DNA of 64,000 bases from Acidobacteriota bacterium. Lineage in GTDB: Bacteria; Acidobacteriota; Vicinamibacteria; Vicinamibacterales; UBA2999. The notes under the pieces were generated by a model, which had not been told where the DNA came from, searched no databases, and was given only the letters and a program-made list of their open reading frames with translations. Of this stretch, positions 1-10,464 are shown piece after piece. Within the stretch, counting starts at the first letter, position 1. The number at the start of each line of letters is the position of its first letter. A program made the translations under genes and the position numbers. The stretch covers positions 9,536 to 73,535 of the forward strand of contig JANMDX010000282.1 in assembly GCA_031376505.1 (NCBI GenBank). The letters run 5' to 3'.

Positions 1-5
1 GTCTC

Positions 6-1586
6 TCAGGTTCGGCGAACGATGAGTAGCGTGATGTCGTCAAACTGCGGCGCGGCGCCGGCAAAGTCATCGATGGCCGCCATGATGGTGGCGATGACCT
101 CCGCAGGCGGGCGGCCGGCCGAGGCTCGCAGGCACGCGATGACCCGCACCTCGCCGAATTCCTCTTCCGCCAGGTTCTGTGCGTCGGTGACTCCGTCCGA
201 GAACAGCACCAGCGTGTCGCCCGGCGCGAGCGCCAGGCGTACTTCGGTGTGGGGCATCAGCGGAGGCAGTAACCCCAGCGGTGTCCCAGTCGACGCCAGC
301 GTGACGGCTTCGCCGTTGGCGCGGAAGATCAATGTGTCGACGTGGCCGGCACCCACGAAGCGGATGTCGCCGGAGTGCGGCTCCAGATCCACGAGCGCCG
401 CCGTCACGTACTTTTCAGGCGCGGTGGACGCAAACAGCAGATCACTGGCCTCGTCGGCCAGTGCGGGCAGCGAGGCCGTGCGCCCGAGCAGGGCCCGCAG
501 CGTGGCCTGCATGTTGGCCATGACGAGCGACGCGGGCAAGCCCTTGCCCGCCACGTCGGCGACACACAGCAGCACCCGTTCGTGACTATCGCCGTCACCG
601 GCGATCATGATGGCGTCGTAGTAGTCGCCGCCGCATTGACGCGCAGGCCGATTGTGCGCCGCCAGGGCGTAGCCGGCCACTAGAGGCATCGCCGGCGGAA
701 ACAGGTCGGCCTGGATCCGGGCGGCCAGTTTCATCTCGCTCTCGAGCTTGGCGCGGGCCACTTCCACTTGCTGATGCAGCGCCATCAGGCGCTCCCGCTC
801 GAGCGCCGCCTGCACGGTGCGCTCGAAGAGCCGTGCATTTTCGATGGCCGTGGCAGTCTGCAACGCCAGCGTGTTGAGCAGCTTGAGCTCGGCGGCCGTA
901 TAGGCCATCGGCACGGTGCTGCCGAGGGCGATCACGCCGGTGACCCGTTCGCCGACCCGCAGCGGCGCGATGATGAGCGCTCTGATCGTCGTGTGCTCGA
1001 CCGCGCGGCGTGGGTCGTCGTCGACGTCGTTGACGATTTCCGCGAGCCCAGACGCCGCCACCATTCCAATGATGCCGCGACCTCGGCGAAATCCCTGCAG
1101 GACCGGCATTTCGTCGCCGAAGCCCGCCACGGTGCGCAGGTCGCCGGTGTCGTCGTCGATCAGCATCACTACACCGTCAGTGGCCACGATGAGGTGACGC
1201 GCCTGCTGAAGTGTGAGCGTCGCGACGCGCTCCACGTCGAGCAACGCCGCCAGCTTCTCGGAGAAGCTGTAGATGAGATTGATCTCGCGGTAGAGATGCA
1301 GCACCTCGGCGCCGAGCGCCTTGCGCTCGACGTCTTTCTGCAGCAGGTGCTCGAGCAATGCGGCGACGGCGACGGCGCCCTCGGGTCCGGCGACCCAGCC
1401 CAGTCCCGCGCCCGCGTGGGTCACGGCAAAACGCTGGGCGTCGCCGCTTGCGGGAGCACCGTACAGCAGGCGCCCGTCGGCATCTTCCACCGCCACGGGC
1501 GCGCCGATCACCGCCGCGAGCGCGTCGACCAGCACCCGGGCTTCGGCCGAACGGCCGATCACCTGCTTCAGCGCGACGCGGCTCAT
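6..1586 (-). CDS. GAF-domain PP2C/SpoIIE-type serine phosphatase (RsbU-like)
   Basis: N-terminal small domain, GAF, coiled coil, then PP2C motifs GGDYYD, ADVAGKG, FSDGVTD, DDIT. Confidence 0.9.
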   Translation of the reverse strand: MSRVALKQVIGRSAEARVLVDALAAVIGAPVAVEDADGRLLYGAPASGDAQRFAVTHAGAGLGWVAGPEGAVAVAALLEHLLQKDVERKALGAEVLHLYREINLIYSFSEKLAALLDVERVATLTLQQARHLIVATDGVVMLIDDDTGDLRTVAGFGDEMPVLQGFRRGRGIIGMVAASGLAEIVNDVDDDPRRAVEHTTIRALIIAPLRVGERVTGVIALGSTVPMAYTAAELKLLNTLALQTATAIENARLFERTVQAALERERLMALHQQVEVARAKLESEMKLAARIQADLFPPAMPLVAGYALAAHNRPARQCGGDYYDAIMIAGDGDSHERVLLCVADVAGKGLPASLVMANMQATLRALLGRTASLPALADEASDLLFASTAPEKYVTAALVDLEPHSGDIRFVGAGHVDTLIFRANGEAVTLASTGTPLGLLPPLMPHTEVRLALAPGDTLVLFSDGVTDAQNLAEEEFGEVRVIACLRASAGRPPAEVIATIMAAIDDFAGAAPQFDDITLLIVRRT

Positions 1587-1593
1587 GCGTGCC

Positions 1594-1971
1594 TCACAGG
1601 CCGAGCACGGCGCGGGCCTTGTCGAGCAGGGCGTCAGGGTCGAAGGGCTTGGTCATGTAGAGATCGGCACCGGCCTCCTGCCCCTTCTGGCGATCCAGTT
1701 CCTGCCCCTTGGCCGTCAGCAGCACGATGTAGACGTCGGTCAGGCCGAGCGTGTGTTTGGCACGGTGGCACACGTCGAAACCGCTCAGCTTCGGCATCAT
1801 CACGTCGAGGAAGACCAGGTTCGGCTTCGCCGACTCGATGATCGCCAGGGCCTCTTCGCCATTGGTGGCCATGAGCAGCTCCACGCCTTCGTCCTCCAGC
1901 TCCTCGAGCGTCTGGTGAATCAGGGTACGCAGGTGGGGTTCGTCGTCCACGATCAGAATCGTGCGGGTCAC
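1594..1971 (-). CDS. single-domain response regulator (receiver)
   Basis: ILIVDD, VFLDVMMP, LLTAKG, MTKPF receiver motifs; 125 aa. Confidence 0.93.
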   Translation of the reverse strand: MTRTILIVDDEPHLRTLIHQTLEELEDEGVELLMATNGEEALAIIESAKPNLVFLDVMMPKLSGFDVCHRAKHTLGLTDVYIVLLTAKGQELDRQKGQEAGADLYMTKPFDPDALLDKARAVLGL

Positions 1972-1980
1972 AGGGGGGCC

Positions 1981-4900
1981 TCATTGATAGACGAGAAAGA
2001 GGACGTGGTCCATCCCTTTCTCGAAACGGAGCATCCGCACGTTCTCCGACTGCGCGGACAAGACGGAGTTGAGCAGGATGATGTCGGGCTTGAGCGCGAG
2101 CGCCTTCTCGACCAGATTCGCGTCACGTGCTTCCGACACGCTGTAGCCGCGGCTCGTGAGCACGTCGGCCAGTGACTTCACCGTGGACGCGTCCTCGTCA
2201 ACCACCAGCACATGCCGATGCGACTTCCGCTGCTCGATGAGCGCGCCAACCTCCCGGAACAGCAGGTCGGTGTCGATGGGTTTGGTGAGGTAGCGGTCCA
2301 CGCCGATGCGAATGCCGCGCTCGCGGTCCTGCACAATCGACAGGATGACGATGGGGATGTCCATCGTGAGCGGATCGTTCTTCAGCACCGCCGCCACGTC
2401 GAAGCCGTTCATCTCGGGCATCATCACGTCGAGCACCACCAGATCCGGACGCTCGCGCCGCACTTCGACGATCGCTTCGCGGCCGTTGGTGGCCACGCGC
2501 ACGACGTACCCGGCCTCGGTCAGCTCCTGCGTGAGCAACTCGCGGATGTTCGGATCGTCGTCCACGACGAGCAGCCGCGGGGCCCGTTCGGGTGTGCGTG
2601 GCGTGGTCACCACCACCTGATCGCGCAGCTGGCGGATGAGCGCGGCCAGTTCCACCGGCGTGCCGCCGGCGCCGGGCGTCGAGATCTGCGCGTCGGGCAC
2701 GGGAATCGAGAACGAGAACACGCTGCCCTTGCCCAGTTCGCTTTCCACCCACACGCGACCGCCGTGGTGCTCCACGATCTCGCGGCAGATGGGCAGCCCC
2801 AGGCCCGTGCCCTTGGGCTTGTCGGTGAGCGTGTCGCCGACCTGCTTGAAGCGTTCGAACACCTTGGGCTGGTCGACCGGCGCGATGCCCATGCCGGTGT
2901 CCACGATGCTCACCACGATCTCGCCGCCGCGACGCACCGCCCGGCACGTGACCGAGCCGGCATCGGTGAACTTCACCGCGTTCGAGATCAGGTTGATGAC
3001 GACCTGAATCAAGCGGTCGCTGTCGCCGGTCACCACCGGCAGACCGGGCGTCACGTCGGTGACGAGGCGCAAGCCCTTCTGCTCGAAGAGTGACGACGTC
3101 GCGGCCGTGGCCCGGTCGATCACCTCGGCGAGCGATACCGGCTCCATGTGCCATTCGAGCTTGCCGGCCTCGATCTTGGCCAGGTCGAGCACGTCGTCGA
3201 TGAGCTTGGTGAGGCGCTCGCCCTCGCTGACGACCACCTTGAGGTTGTCTTCCACCTGCTGGATGGTCGAGACGATCTTCTTGTCGTCTTTCGGCACCAG
3301 CGGGAAGATGCGGTCATCCAGGCGCTTCTTGATGATCTTGGCGAAGCCGAGCACCGAGGTGAGCGGCGTGCGCAGCTCGTGGCTCACCGTGGAGAGGAAC
3401 GCGCTCTTGGCCTGGTCGGCTTCTTCCGCCACCGCGCGCGCCCGCTGTGCGTCTTCGAACAGCCGCCGGTTCTCGTGTTCCTGCTCGTTGATCTGGCGGT
3501 ACGCGGCCGCGTTGTCGAGAGCAATGGCGGTGTAGGACGCCAGGCTTCGCATCATGCTCAGGTGATGCTCGGTGTAGGCGTTGGTTTCGAAGCTCTGTAT
3601 CGTGATGATCCCCAGCACGCGGTCCTTGGCCTCGAGCGGCAGATAGATGATCGACTGCGGCGCCCGGGACATCGAGCCATCTTCGAGCGGGCGACTCTGC
3701 TCGTCGTAGCGGCTCACATATTTCTTATGGTCACGCTGGAGATCGTTGATGAACACGGGCTCGCGGTGCGTGATGCACCACACCGGCAGCTGGTCCGGGT
3801 CGGCCGTGCTGCGTGAGTACGGCGCGTAGCGCTTCCCCTGTTCGATCGCGAGCCGGTACTCGATCTCGTGACGCTCGGGATGATACAGGCCCACACCGAA
3901 CACGTCGGCGTCGGCCAGCTGGTTCACGCGCTCGTAAAGCCTGTCGAAGATGGTGTCGAAGTCGAGCGAGGCGGTGATCTCGCGGCCGATGTCGCTCAGC
4001 AGCTCGATGTTCTTCTTGCCTTCGCCTTCGGACCGCGCCAGCGCCTCGGCCGATTCAGCCCGCAGCCGCGCTTCGGCAAACTGCGCCCGCTCACGCTCTT
4101 GGCCAATCACGCGACGGCGCTGGATGCGGTCTGCTCCGAACACGAACAGACCGGCCAATAGGCCGTAGCCGCCGTACGCCCACCACGTGCGATACCAGGG
4201 CGGTAGGATGGTGAACGCGTAAGCGGCTTCCTCGCCCATGGCGCCGGACACACTGCGCGCGCGGACATGGAAGCGATAGGTGCCGTGGGACAAATTGGTG
4301 AAGTCGCGGCGCGCCTCCCCGGTCCAGGGCAACCAGTCGGCGTCGAGGCCGTCCAGTTTGGTTTGGTACTGTGTAGAGGTTTCGTCGATGAAGGTCGGCG
4401 CGGCGTACTCGAATCGCAGGGCCTCAGTCGACGCCGGCAGTTGCGGCGCGGAGACCTCGGCTCCGCCGCCGAAGAGCACGGTGTCCCCTCCTGCCGTGAC
4501 ACGGCGAACCAGCACGCGAAACGGCGGCGGCAGGGTCGCCGCCTTCTTCATGTCGAACCGTACGAACTCCTGCTTCCAGCCAAACCAGGCGATGTCGTCC
4601 GGCTCCACGAACACGAATCCGGTGGGCGTCGCCCCGAAGCGGCTGAACAGGGTGTCGTCGATCGTCCACCCGCCCTTGCCATCCGGTGTCAGCACGCGGG
4701 TGCCCTTGCCGGCGTTGGCGAGCAGCGTGCCGTTGGGTCCTGGGGCCACGCCGAAGCTGCCGCGCAGACGGTCGTGTGGCAAGCTGCTGATGAACTCGTC
4801 TTTCACGAACATCCGACGCGCGGCGTCCCAGGTCGCGACGGTGTTGTCGATAGAGGCTCCCCACGGTCCGAAGTACATCGTGTCCCCGAAGCGGAATACC

Positions 4901-6549
4901 CCGACGCCCCGCTCGGGCAGTCCGTCTTTCACCCCGAAACGCTGGATGTTGGCTTCCGGCCGTGGCGCGCCCGGGGCCGGGCGATCCGCGAACGTCACCC
5001 GGAGAAGACCCGTGGCACTGGTGCCCGCCCACAATGAGCCGTCGACGTCTTCGCCAAGCGAACGTATCTGCTCAGGAAGACCGGGCACGCGCCCTTCGTC
5101 TATCCAGCGGCCGTCCACCCATCGGTAGGAGGTGAGCCCATCGAACAGCCCGATCCAAAGCCGGGTCGGATCGACGCGCGACCGCTCGAGCGCGGCCGCC
5201 CGGAAGGTGCCGTCTCGCGCCGCGCGGATGGGTACGGCTCCGGTGCCACGAATCTCGAAGAGACCATCTGAAGTCGCCGCGACGAGCGCCGGCGGCCGCA
5301 CGCCGCCCGCATCGATCATCTCGGCGAACGCCCAGCTCTGCTGCCCGATTCCCTGCACTGGCACGATATGGGCGGGGCGGCCGGGGGCCGCCGGCTCTAG
5401 ATAGGCCACGCCACTCTGCCGGGCGATGTACAGGCGCCCCTGATGGCGTTCCTGCACCCACGCACCCAGGTGGCCGTCGGCTTCGCTGAATGCGGTGGCT
5501 GGTGATGGATACTCGACGCGCCCGATGCCGCGCTCGCCCACCGTCCAGATCGCGCCTTCGCGGTCGACCATCAGGTTGTAGATCGCGTCCGACGGCAAAC
5601 CCTGGCCGCGACCAAGGGTCATGAGACGCCGCCCATCGCGGTCCATGATGGCCATTCCGGTGTTCGTGGTGGACAACGCGATGCTGCCGTCCGGGAGCGC
5701 GATGCCGCGATAGAGCGACGCGTTCTTCAGGTAGTCGTCGAGTTCGGTCGGAAACGGCGTGAGGCCGGCGCCGTCGTACAGCCAGAAGCCGCCGAATCGC
5801 CTGCCGATGAGCAGGCGGCGGGCGTCGTAGCGCAGCACGACGGGGTAGACCTCGGATCCGAGACTGGCGGTGCCCGGCAGCGCCCGGAAGGTGTCGCCCT
5901 CCAGCACGTTCAGGCCGGTTTCTGGCATGGTCAGGTAGAGCTGCCCGTCGACCAGCGAGGCGCGGTTGAAGCGCGAGGTCGGCCGGATCGTCGTCATGAC
6001 GCCGTCGCGCCAACGGAAGACGGCGTGCTCGGTCTGAAACAACACACCAGACGAGGTGGCGAACGTGCGCCAGACGTCGTTGAAGCCGCGAGCGTCTTCA
6101 GGCACCTTGTCGCCCAGGGAGACGTACTGCAGTTCCCCGCTCACGTTTGGGGCGAGGTAGCCGAAGTCGAGCGCCGCGCCCACGTAGATCACGCCGGCCT
6201 CGTCGATGGCGAGCGAACGGACGTTGCTCAGGTTCGTCGTTTCGATCAGGCGCCAGTTAACGCCATCGAACTCGATCACGCCGTTCTGACTGCCCACGTA
6301 GAGGACGCCTCGGGCGTCCTGCACAATCGACCAGTTCTGGCCGGCGGCGTTCACGTCCAGGGGAGCGTAGGTGCGGACGAACGGACGACCTTCTTCCGGA
6401 TGTCTGAGCGCCGGCGCGGCCGGCGCGGACGCCCCAGCCGCTGGCTGAGACGACGCGGGCCGTGACGCGGGCGCCTGGGCAGCAGGTGCCCCTGACATCG
6501 CCAGCGACACGACGCTGACCGCGAAGAGGAGAATCGGGGAACGCATCAT
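1981..6549 (-). CDS. hybrid sensor histidine kinase (signal peptide, beta-propeller, Y_Y_Y, TM, GAF, HisKA/HATPase, REC, degenerate REC)
   Basis: YQTKLDGLD...GTYRFHVRA (Y_Y_Y), PPWYRTWWAY before TM, SHELRTPL, NLISNAVKF, DTGMG, GTGLGL, VVLDVMMP. Confidence 0.92.
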   Translation of the reverse strand: MMRSPILLFAVSVVSLAMSGAPAAQAPASRPASSQPAAGASAPAAPALRHPEEGRPFVRTYAPLDVNAAGQNWSIVQDARGVLYVGSQNGVIEFDGVNWRLIETTNLSNVRSLAIDEAGVIYVGAALDFGYLAPNVSGELQYVSLGDKVPEDARGFNDVWRTFATSSGVLFQTEHAVFRWRDGVMTTIRPTSRFNRASLVDGQLYLTMPETGLNVLEGDTFRALPGTASLGSEVYPVVLRYDARRLLIGRRFGGFWLYDGAGLTPFPTELDDYLKNASLYRGIALPDGSIALSTTNTGMAIMDRDGRRLMTLGRGQGLPSDAIYNLMVDREGAIWTVGERGIGRVEYPSPATAFSEADGHLGAWVQERHQGRLYIARQSGVAYLEPAAPGRPAHIVPVQGIGQQSWAFAEMIDAGGVRPPALVAATSDGLFEIRGTGAVPIRAARDGTFRAAALERSRVDPTRLWIGLFDGLTSYRWVDGRWIDEGRVPGLPEQIRSLGEDVDGSLWAGTSATGLLRVTFADRPAPGAPRPEANIQRFGVKDGLPERGVGVFRFGDTMYFGPWGASIDNTVATWDAARRMFVKDEFISSLPHDRLRGSFGVAPGPNGTLLANAGKGTRVLTPDGKGGWTIDDTLFSRFGATPTGFVFVEPDDIAWFGWKQEFVRFDMKKAATLPPPFRVLVRRVTAGGDTVLFGGGAEVSAPQLPASTEALRFEYAAPTFIDETSTQYQTKLDGLDADWLPWTGEARRDFTNLSHGTYRFHVRARSVSGAMGEEAAYAFTILPPWYRTWWAYGGYGLLAGLFVFGADRIQRRRVIGQERERAQFAEARLRAESAEALARSEGEGKKNIELLSDIGREITASLDFDTIFDRLYERVNQLADADVFGVGLYHPERHEIEYRLAIEQGKRYAPYSRSTADPDQLPVWCITHREPVFINDLQRDHKKYVSRYDEQSRPLEDGSMSRAPQSIIYLPLEAKDRVLGIITIQSFETNAYTEHHLSMMRSLASYTAIALDNAAAYRQINEQEHENRRLFEDAQRARAVAEEADQAKSAFLSTVSHELRTPLTSVLGFAKIIKKRLDDRIFPLVPKDDKKIVSTIQQVEDNLKVVVSEGERLTKLIDDVLDLAKIEAGKLEWHMEPVSLAEVIDRATAATSSLFEQKGLRLVTDVTPGLPVVTGDSDRLIQVVINLISNAVKFTDAGSVTCRAVRRGGEIVVSIVDTGMGIAPVDQPKVFERFKQVGDTLTDKPKGTGLGLPICREIVEHHGGRVWVESELGKGSVFSFSIPVPDAQISTPGAGGTPVELAALIRQLRDQVVVTTPRTPERAPRLLVVDDDPNIRELLTQELTEAGYVVRVATNGREAIVEVRRERPDLVVLDVMMPEMNGFDVAAVLKNDPLTMDIPIVILSIVQDRERGIRIGVDRYLTKPIDTDLLFREVGALIEQRKSHRHVLVVDEDASTVKSLADVLTSRGYSVSEARDANLVEKALALKPDIILLNSVLSAQSENVRMLRFEKGMDHVLFLVYQ

Positions 6550-6670
6550 GGGTCGGGGGATAGTACCCCGTCCCCCGAGGTATGCGAAACAGGTGCGGCG
6601 ATCCCCTCACGCCAGCCAGGCGAGAGGGCTGGCATCGCCCATCGCCGCTGGTGCAGTCCCGGAGGCGGCG

Positions 6671-7729
6671 TCAGGGTTCGATGGCCGTGGCCGTCAGCGG
6701 CACGACCTTGTCGCCGCGCCAGACCCGCACCGTCACCGTGTCGCCCGCCTTGACCTTGTCGAGCGCGGTCAGGAATCTGCTCGTGAACGACTCGGATGCG
6801 GTGACCGGCATTCCGAGCACGTCGAGCACGACGTCGCCACCGAGCAGCAGCGGCACATCGACGACGGTCGCGGGCAGCGAGCCCCCCCGCAGACCCAGCC
6901 GTGCGGCGAGCGACCCGGTGGCCACGGCTTGCACCAGCAGACCGGCGGGCTGCGGCAGGTTGAACGCGTCGGCCATGGGGCCTTCCAGCATGAACGACTC
7001 GACGCCGAACCACGTGCGACGTTCGTCCAGCATCAACCGCTTGACCACATTGCCGGTGACCGAAAAACTCGGGCCACCCGTGGCGCCCTCCTTGCTGAGC
7101 ACGTGGGTGACGATGCCAACCACCAGGCCGTCGAGGTTGAAGAGGGGGCCGCCCGAGTTCCCCTCGAAGACGTCGAGGTCGGTCTGAAACACCTCGAGCG
7201 CGGTGGCGTCTTCGTAGACCTTCGGCTGCTCGCGGCGCGCGCTGATCCAGCCCACGGCCAGCGAATGGTTCGCCCCGTACGGCGCGCCAACCGTGAAGAT
7301 CTGGTCGCCAGCGTCGAGCAGGTCCGAGTCGCCGAAGGCGGCCACCGCCGCGGTCGGCGGCACGCGCTCGAGCTGCAGCAGGGCGATATCGGCAAACGGC
7401 GCCATGGCGATCACTGTGGCGGCAATCGGCGCGCCGTCCAGGAAGTGCACCCCAATGGTCGAGGAGTTCCTCACCACGTGTGCGGCCGTCACGATCTTGC
7501 CATCTGCCGTAACGAGCACACCGGATCCCAAGCCCTCCTCCGGGAGCGCCGCGTCGGCGCCATTGGCGCCAGGCGGCGTGGCCTTCGCGGTGGTGCGAAT
7601 CAGGACGACCGACGCATTGACTCGACGGAACACATCCTTGAGCGGTTGCGCGCCGGCGGTGCTGGCCGTCATAGCCATTGCGCACCACACGGCCATCACG
7701 ACAGGTGGACCTGACATTCGATTCTCCAT
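6671..7729 (-). CDS. HtrA/DegP-like trypsin protease with PDZ domain
   Basis: TAAHVV, DIALL and GNSGGP triad; signal peptide; start at 7729 or 7717 preferred to the ORF start at 7954. Confidence 0.85.
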   Translation of the reverse strand: MENRMSGPPVVMAVWCAMAMTASTAGAQPLKDVFRRVNASVVLIRTTAKATPPGANGADAALPEEGLGSGVLVTADGKIVTAAHVVRNSSTIGVHFLDGAPIAATVIAMAPFADIALLQLERVPPTAAVAAFGDSDLLDAGDQIFTVGAPYGANHSLAVGWISARREQPKVYEDATALEVFQTDLDVFEGNSGGPLFNLDGLVVGIVTHVLSKEGATGGPSFSVTGNVVKRLMLDERRTWFGVESFMLEGPMADAFNLPQPAGLLVQAVATGSLAARLGLRGGSLPATVVDVPLLLGGDVVLDVLGMPVTASESFTSRFLTALDKVKAGDTVTVRVWRGDKVVPLTATAIEP

Positions 7730-8035
7730 CACGGAAGGCGAGCGGCGTGCAGATACGCCATGGCCGCGCGCGACGCATACGATTCCATCAGGCGGTCGTC
7801 CGGACTCTCCGATCCGGAGCAAGCCGCGTCGCCTGTCCCTGCGGCCCCGCGAAATATCGTAGACACCGTGGCCGTCAATCCGTGCGCGCAGGTCGCGGGA
7901 ATCATCAGGTGTCGCATGGCTGGGCTGATGGCCACGATAACGACGGCCGATCACATAGACAAACAGTTAATTTGGGCAACAATCATCGTAAATAGCTATG
8001 TGTCTTCACGTCGTCCACAAAAGCGATCGAACGGT

Positions 8036-10369
8036 CTAGGGTTTGCCCGACAGCTTCGCAAAGGCGGCGGCCAATGCGGTGCTCGGAGTCGGAGCGGCAC
8101 GCGGGGGCAGCGACAGGGGCGGGGCGGGGGCGGCCTGCGGCTGGGACACGGGCGGGCCGCTCTTGGCGGCGGGGTGCGTCCGGGCCGCCGGGGGCGTCGG
8201 CGTGGTCTCGCCGCTCTTCATCGTGAGCGCGATGCGCTTGCGCTCGCGGTCCACTTCCACGATGCGCACCGTGACGATGTCGCCGGCCTTGACCACCTCG
8301 CGCGGGTCTTTCACGAAGCGGTCGGCCAGCTGCGAGACGTGCACGAGGCCGTCCTGATGCACGCCGATGTCCACGAATGCGCCGAAGTTGGCCACGTTGG
8401 TCACCACGCCCTCGAGCTGCATGCCGGGCACGAGATCCCGCAGTTCCTGAACGCCCTCCTTGAAGGTCGCCGTCTTGAACTCCGGACGCGGGTCGCGATT
8501 GGGCTTGTCGAGTTCGGCCAGAATGTCCTTCACCGTGGGCACGCCGAACTGCGCGTCGGCAAAGTCCTCGGGCACGAGGGTCTTGAGCACGGCCGACTTG
8601 CCGATGAGCTCGTGCACCGCAAGGCCCGTGCGCGCCACGATGCGCTCGACCACGGGGTAGGCCTCCGGATGCACGGCCGACGCGTCGAGCGGGTTGTCGC
8701 CGTTCACCACACGCAGGAACCCGGCGGCCTGCTGAAACGTGCGCTCGCCCACACGCGGCACTTTCAGCAACTGCCTCCGGTTGCGGAACGGGCCGTTGGC
8801 ATCGCGGAACGACACGATGTTGCCGGCCAGCGCCTCGCTCAGTCCGGAAATCCGAGCCAGCAGCGGTGCCGAGGCCGTGTTCAGATCCGCCCCTACGGCG
8901 TTCACGCAGTCTTCGACCACCGCGTCGAGCGTCTTGCCGAGCTGGAACGGGCTGACGTCGTGCTGATACTGCCCCACGCCGATCGCCTTGGGATCGATGC
9001 GCACGAGCTCGGCCAGGGGATCCTGCAGGCGGCGCGCGATCGACACCGCGCCACGCAGCGACACGTCGAGGTCGGGAAACTCCTTGGCCGCCGGCGCCGA
9101 GGCCGAGTACACGGACGCACCCGCCTCCGAGACCACGACCTTCGCGAGCGGCAGCTCCGGGTGCGCCTTCATCAGGTCGGCCGCGAGCCTGTCGGTTTCG
9201 CGCGAGGCGGTGCCATTGCCAATCGAGATGAGCTGCACGCCGTGCTTGACGGCCAGCTGCCCCAGCGTGCGGAGCGACCCGCTCCAATCCTTGCGCGGCT
9301 CGTGCGGATAGATGGTGGATGTGTCGAGCACCTTGCCGGTCCCGTCCACGACCGCCACCTTGACGCCAGTGCGGATGCCCGGGTCGAGACCCATGGTGAC
9401 GCGCTGACCAGCCGGCGCCGCCAGCAGCAAGTCGTGCAGATTGCGTCCGAACACGCGGATGGCCTCGAGTTCCGCCTGTTCCCGCAAACGCTGCTCGGTC
9501 TCCACTTCGAGGTGCAGCAACATCTTGACCTTCCAGGTCATGCGCACCGTGTCGGTCAGCCATTTGTCGGCAGGCCGTCCTTGATTGGCGATGCCGACGC
9601 GAGCGGCAATACGACGCTCGGGCTCGGTGGGCCCTTGGGCGCCTTCGTCGGGCAGACCGACCGCCAGACGCAGGAAGCCCTCCTTGCGGCCACGCAGCAG
9701 CGCGAGCACGCGATGCGAGGGCACGGTCTTCACCTGTTCGGTGGCGCTGAAGTAGTCGGAGTACTTCACACCCTCGGCTTCCTTGCCGGGCGTGACGGCG
9801 GATGTCCACTCGCCGCGCTCCCACACCATCGTGCGGAAGCTGCCGACGAGCTCGGCGTCTTCGGCGAAGGTCTCCATCAGGATCCAGCGGGCGCCGTCAA
9901 GCGCGGCGGCCACGTCGGGCACGCCCTTGGCCCCGTCCACGTACGCCGCGGCAGCCACATTCGGGTCCTGACTGGGATCCTGGAGCAGACCTGTGGCCAG
10001 GGGCTCCAGACCGGCCTCGCGCGCGATCTGCGCTTTGGTGCGTCGCTTCTGCTTGTAAGGCAGATACAGATCTTCGAGCCGCGCCTTGGTCACCGCGTCG
10101 CGAATCGACGCCGCCAGTTCCGGCGTGAGCTTGCCCTGCTCGTCGATGCTCTCGAGAATCGCCGCGCGTCGATCCTCCATGTCGCGCAGGTAGGCGAGGC
10201 GCTCTTCGAGCGTGCGCAACTGCGTGTCGTCGAGTCCGCCAGTGGCCTCCTTGCGGTAGCGCGCGATGAAGGGCACGGTGGACTTGTCGTCGAGCAGGCC
10301 GACGGCCGCCTCGACCTGCGACAGACGGACGTGGAGTTCTTCGGCGATGCGTGCGGCAATCGATGTCAT
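8036..10369 (-). CDS. tex: Tex RNA-binding transcriptional accessory protein
   Basis: [41 protein letters not shown]-terminal S1 domain ([16 protein letters not shown]); ATG at 10369. Confidence 0.95.
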   Translation of the reverse strand: MTSIAARIAEELHVRLSQVEAAVGLLDDKSTVPFIARYRKEATGGLDDTQLRTLEERLAYLRDMEDRRAAILESIDEQGKLTPELAASIRDAVTKARLEDLYLPYKQKRRTKAQIAREAGLEPLATGLLQDPSQDPNVAAAAYVDGAKGVPDVAAALDGARWILMETFAEDAELVGSFRTMVWERGEWTSAVTPGKEAEGVKYSDYFSATEQVKTVPSHRVLALLRGRKEGFLRLAVGLPDEGAQGPTEPERRIAARVGIANQGRPADKWLTDTVRMTWKVKMLLHLEVETEQRLREQAELEAIRVFGRNLHDLLLAAPAGQRVTMGLDPGIRTGVKVAVVDGTGKVLDTSTIYPHEPRKDWSGSLRTLGQLAVKHGVQLISIGNGTASRETDRLAADLMKAHPELPLAKVVVSEAGASVYSASAPAAKEFPDLDVSLRGAVSIARRLQDPLAELVRIDPKAIGVGQYQHDVSPFQLGKTLDAVVEDCVNAVGADLNTASAPLLARISGLSEALAGNIVSFRDANGPFRNRRQLLKVPRVGERTFQQAAGFLRVVNGDNPLDASAVHPEAYPVVERIVARTGLAVHELIGKSAVLKTLVPEDFADAQFGVPTVKDILAELDKPNRDPRPEFKTATFKEGVQELRDLVPGMQLEGVVTNVANFGAFVDIGVHQDGLVHVSQLADRFVKDPREVVKAGDIVTVRIVEVDRERKRIALTMKSGETTPTPPAARTHPAAKSGPPVSQPQAAPAPPLSLPPRAAPTPSTALAAAFAKLSGKP

Positions 10370-10464
10370 GGATTCGGAAGCAGACCTGAACGGAGGGATG
10401 AAGGGGCCACGGCGAGCCGGGCGTGCCGGCCATTGTAGCAATGACGCGGTAAGATTCCTGGCGA

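Noticed and set aside
7760-10438. 892-aa + strand ORF, and similar long ORFs at 22243-24666, 33176-34915, 50895-53189 and 56554-58350
   Set aside because: Antisense shadows of clearly recognisable genes (tex, hppD/hmgA, rpoD, radical SAM, murC). These are expected in high-GC DNA and show no motifs.
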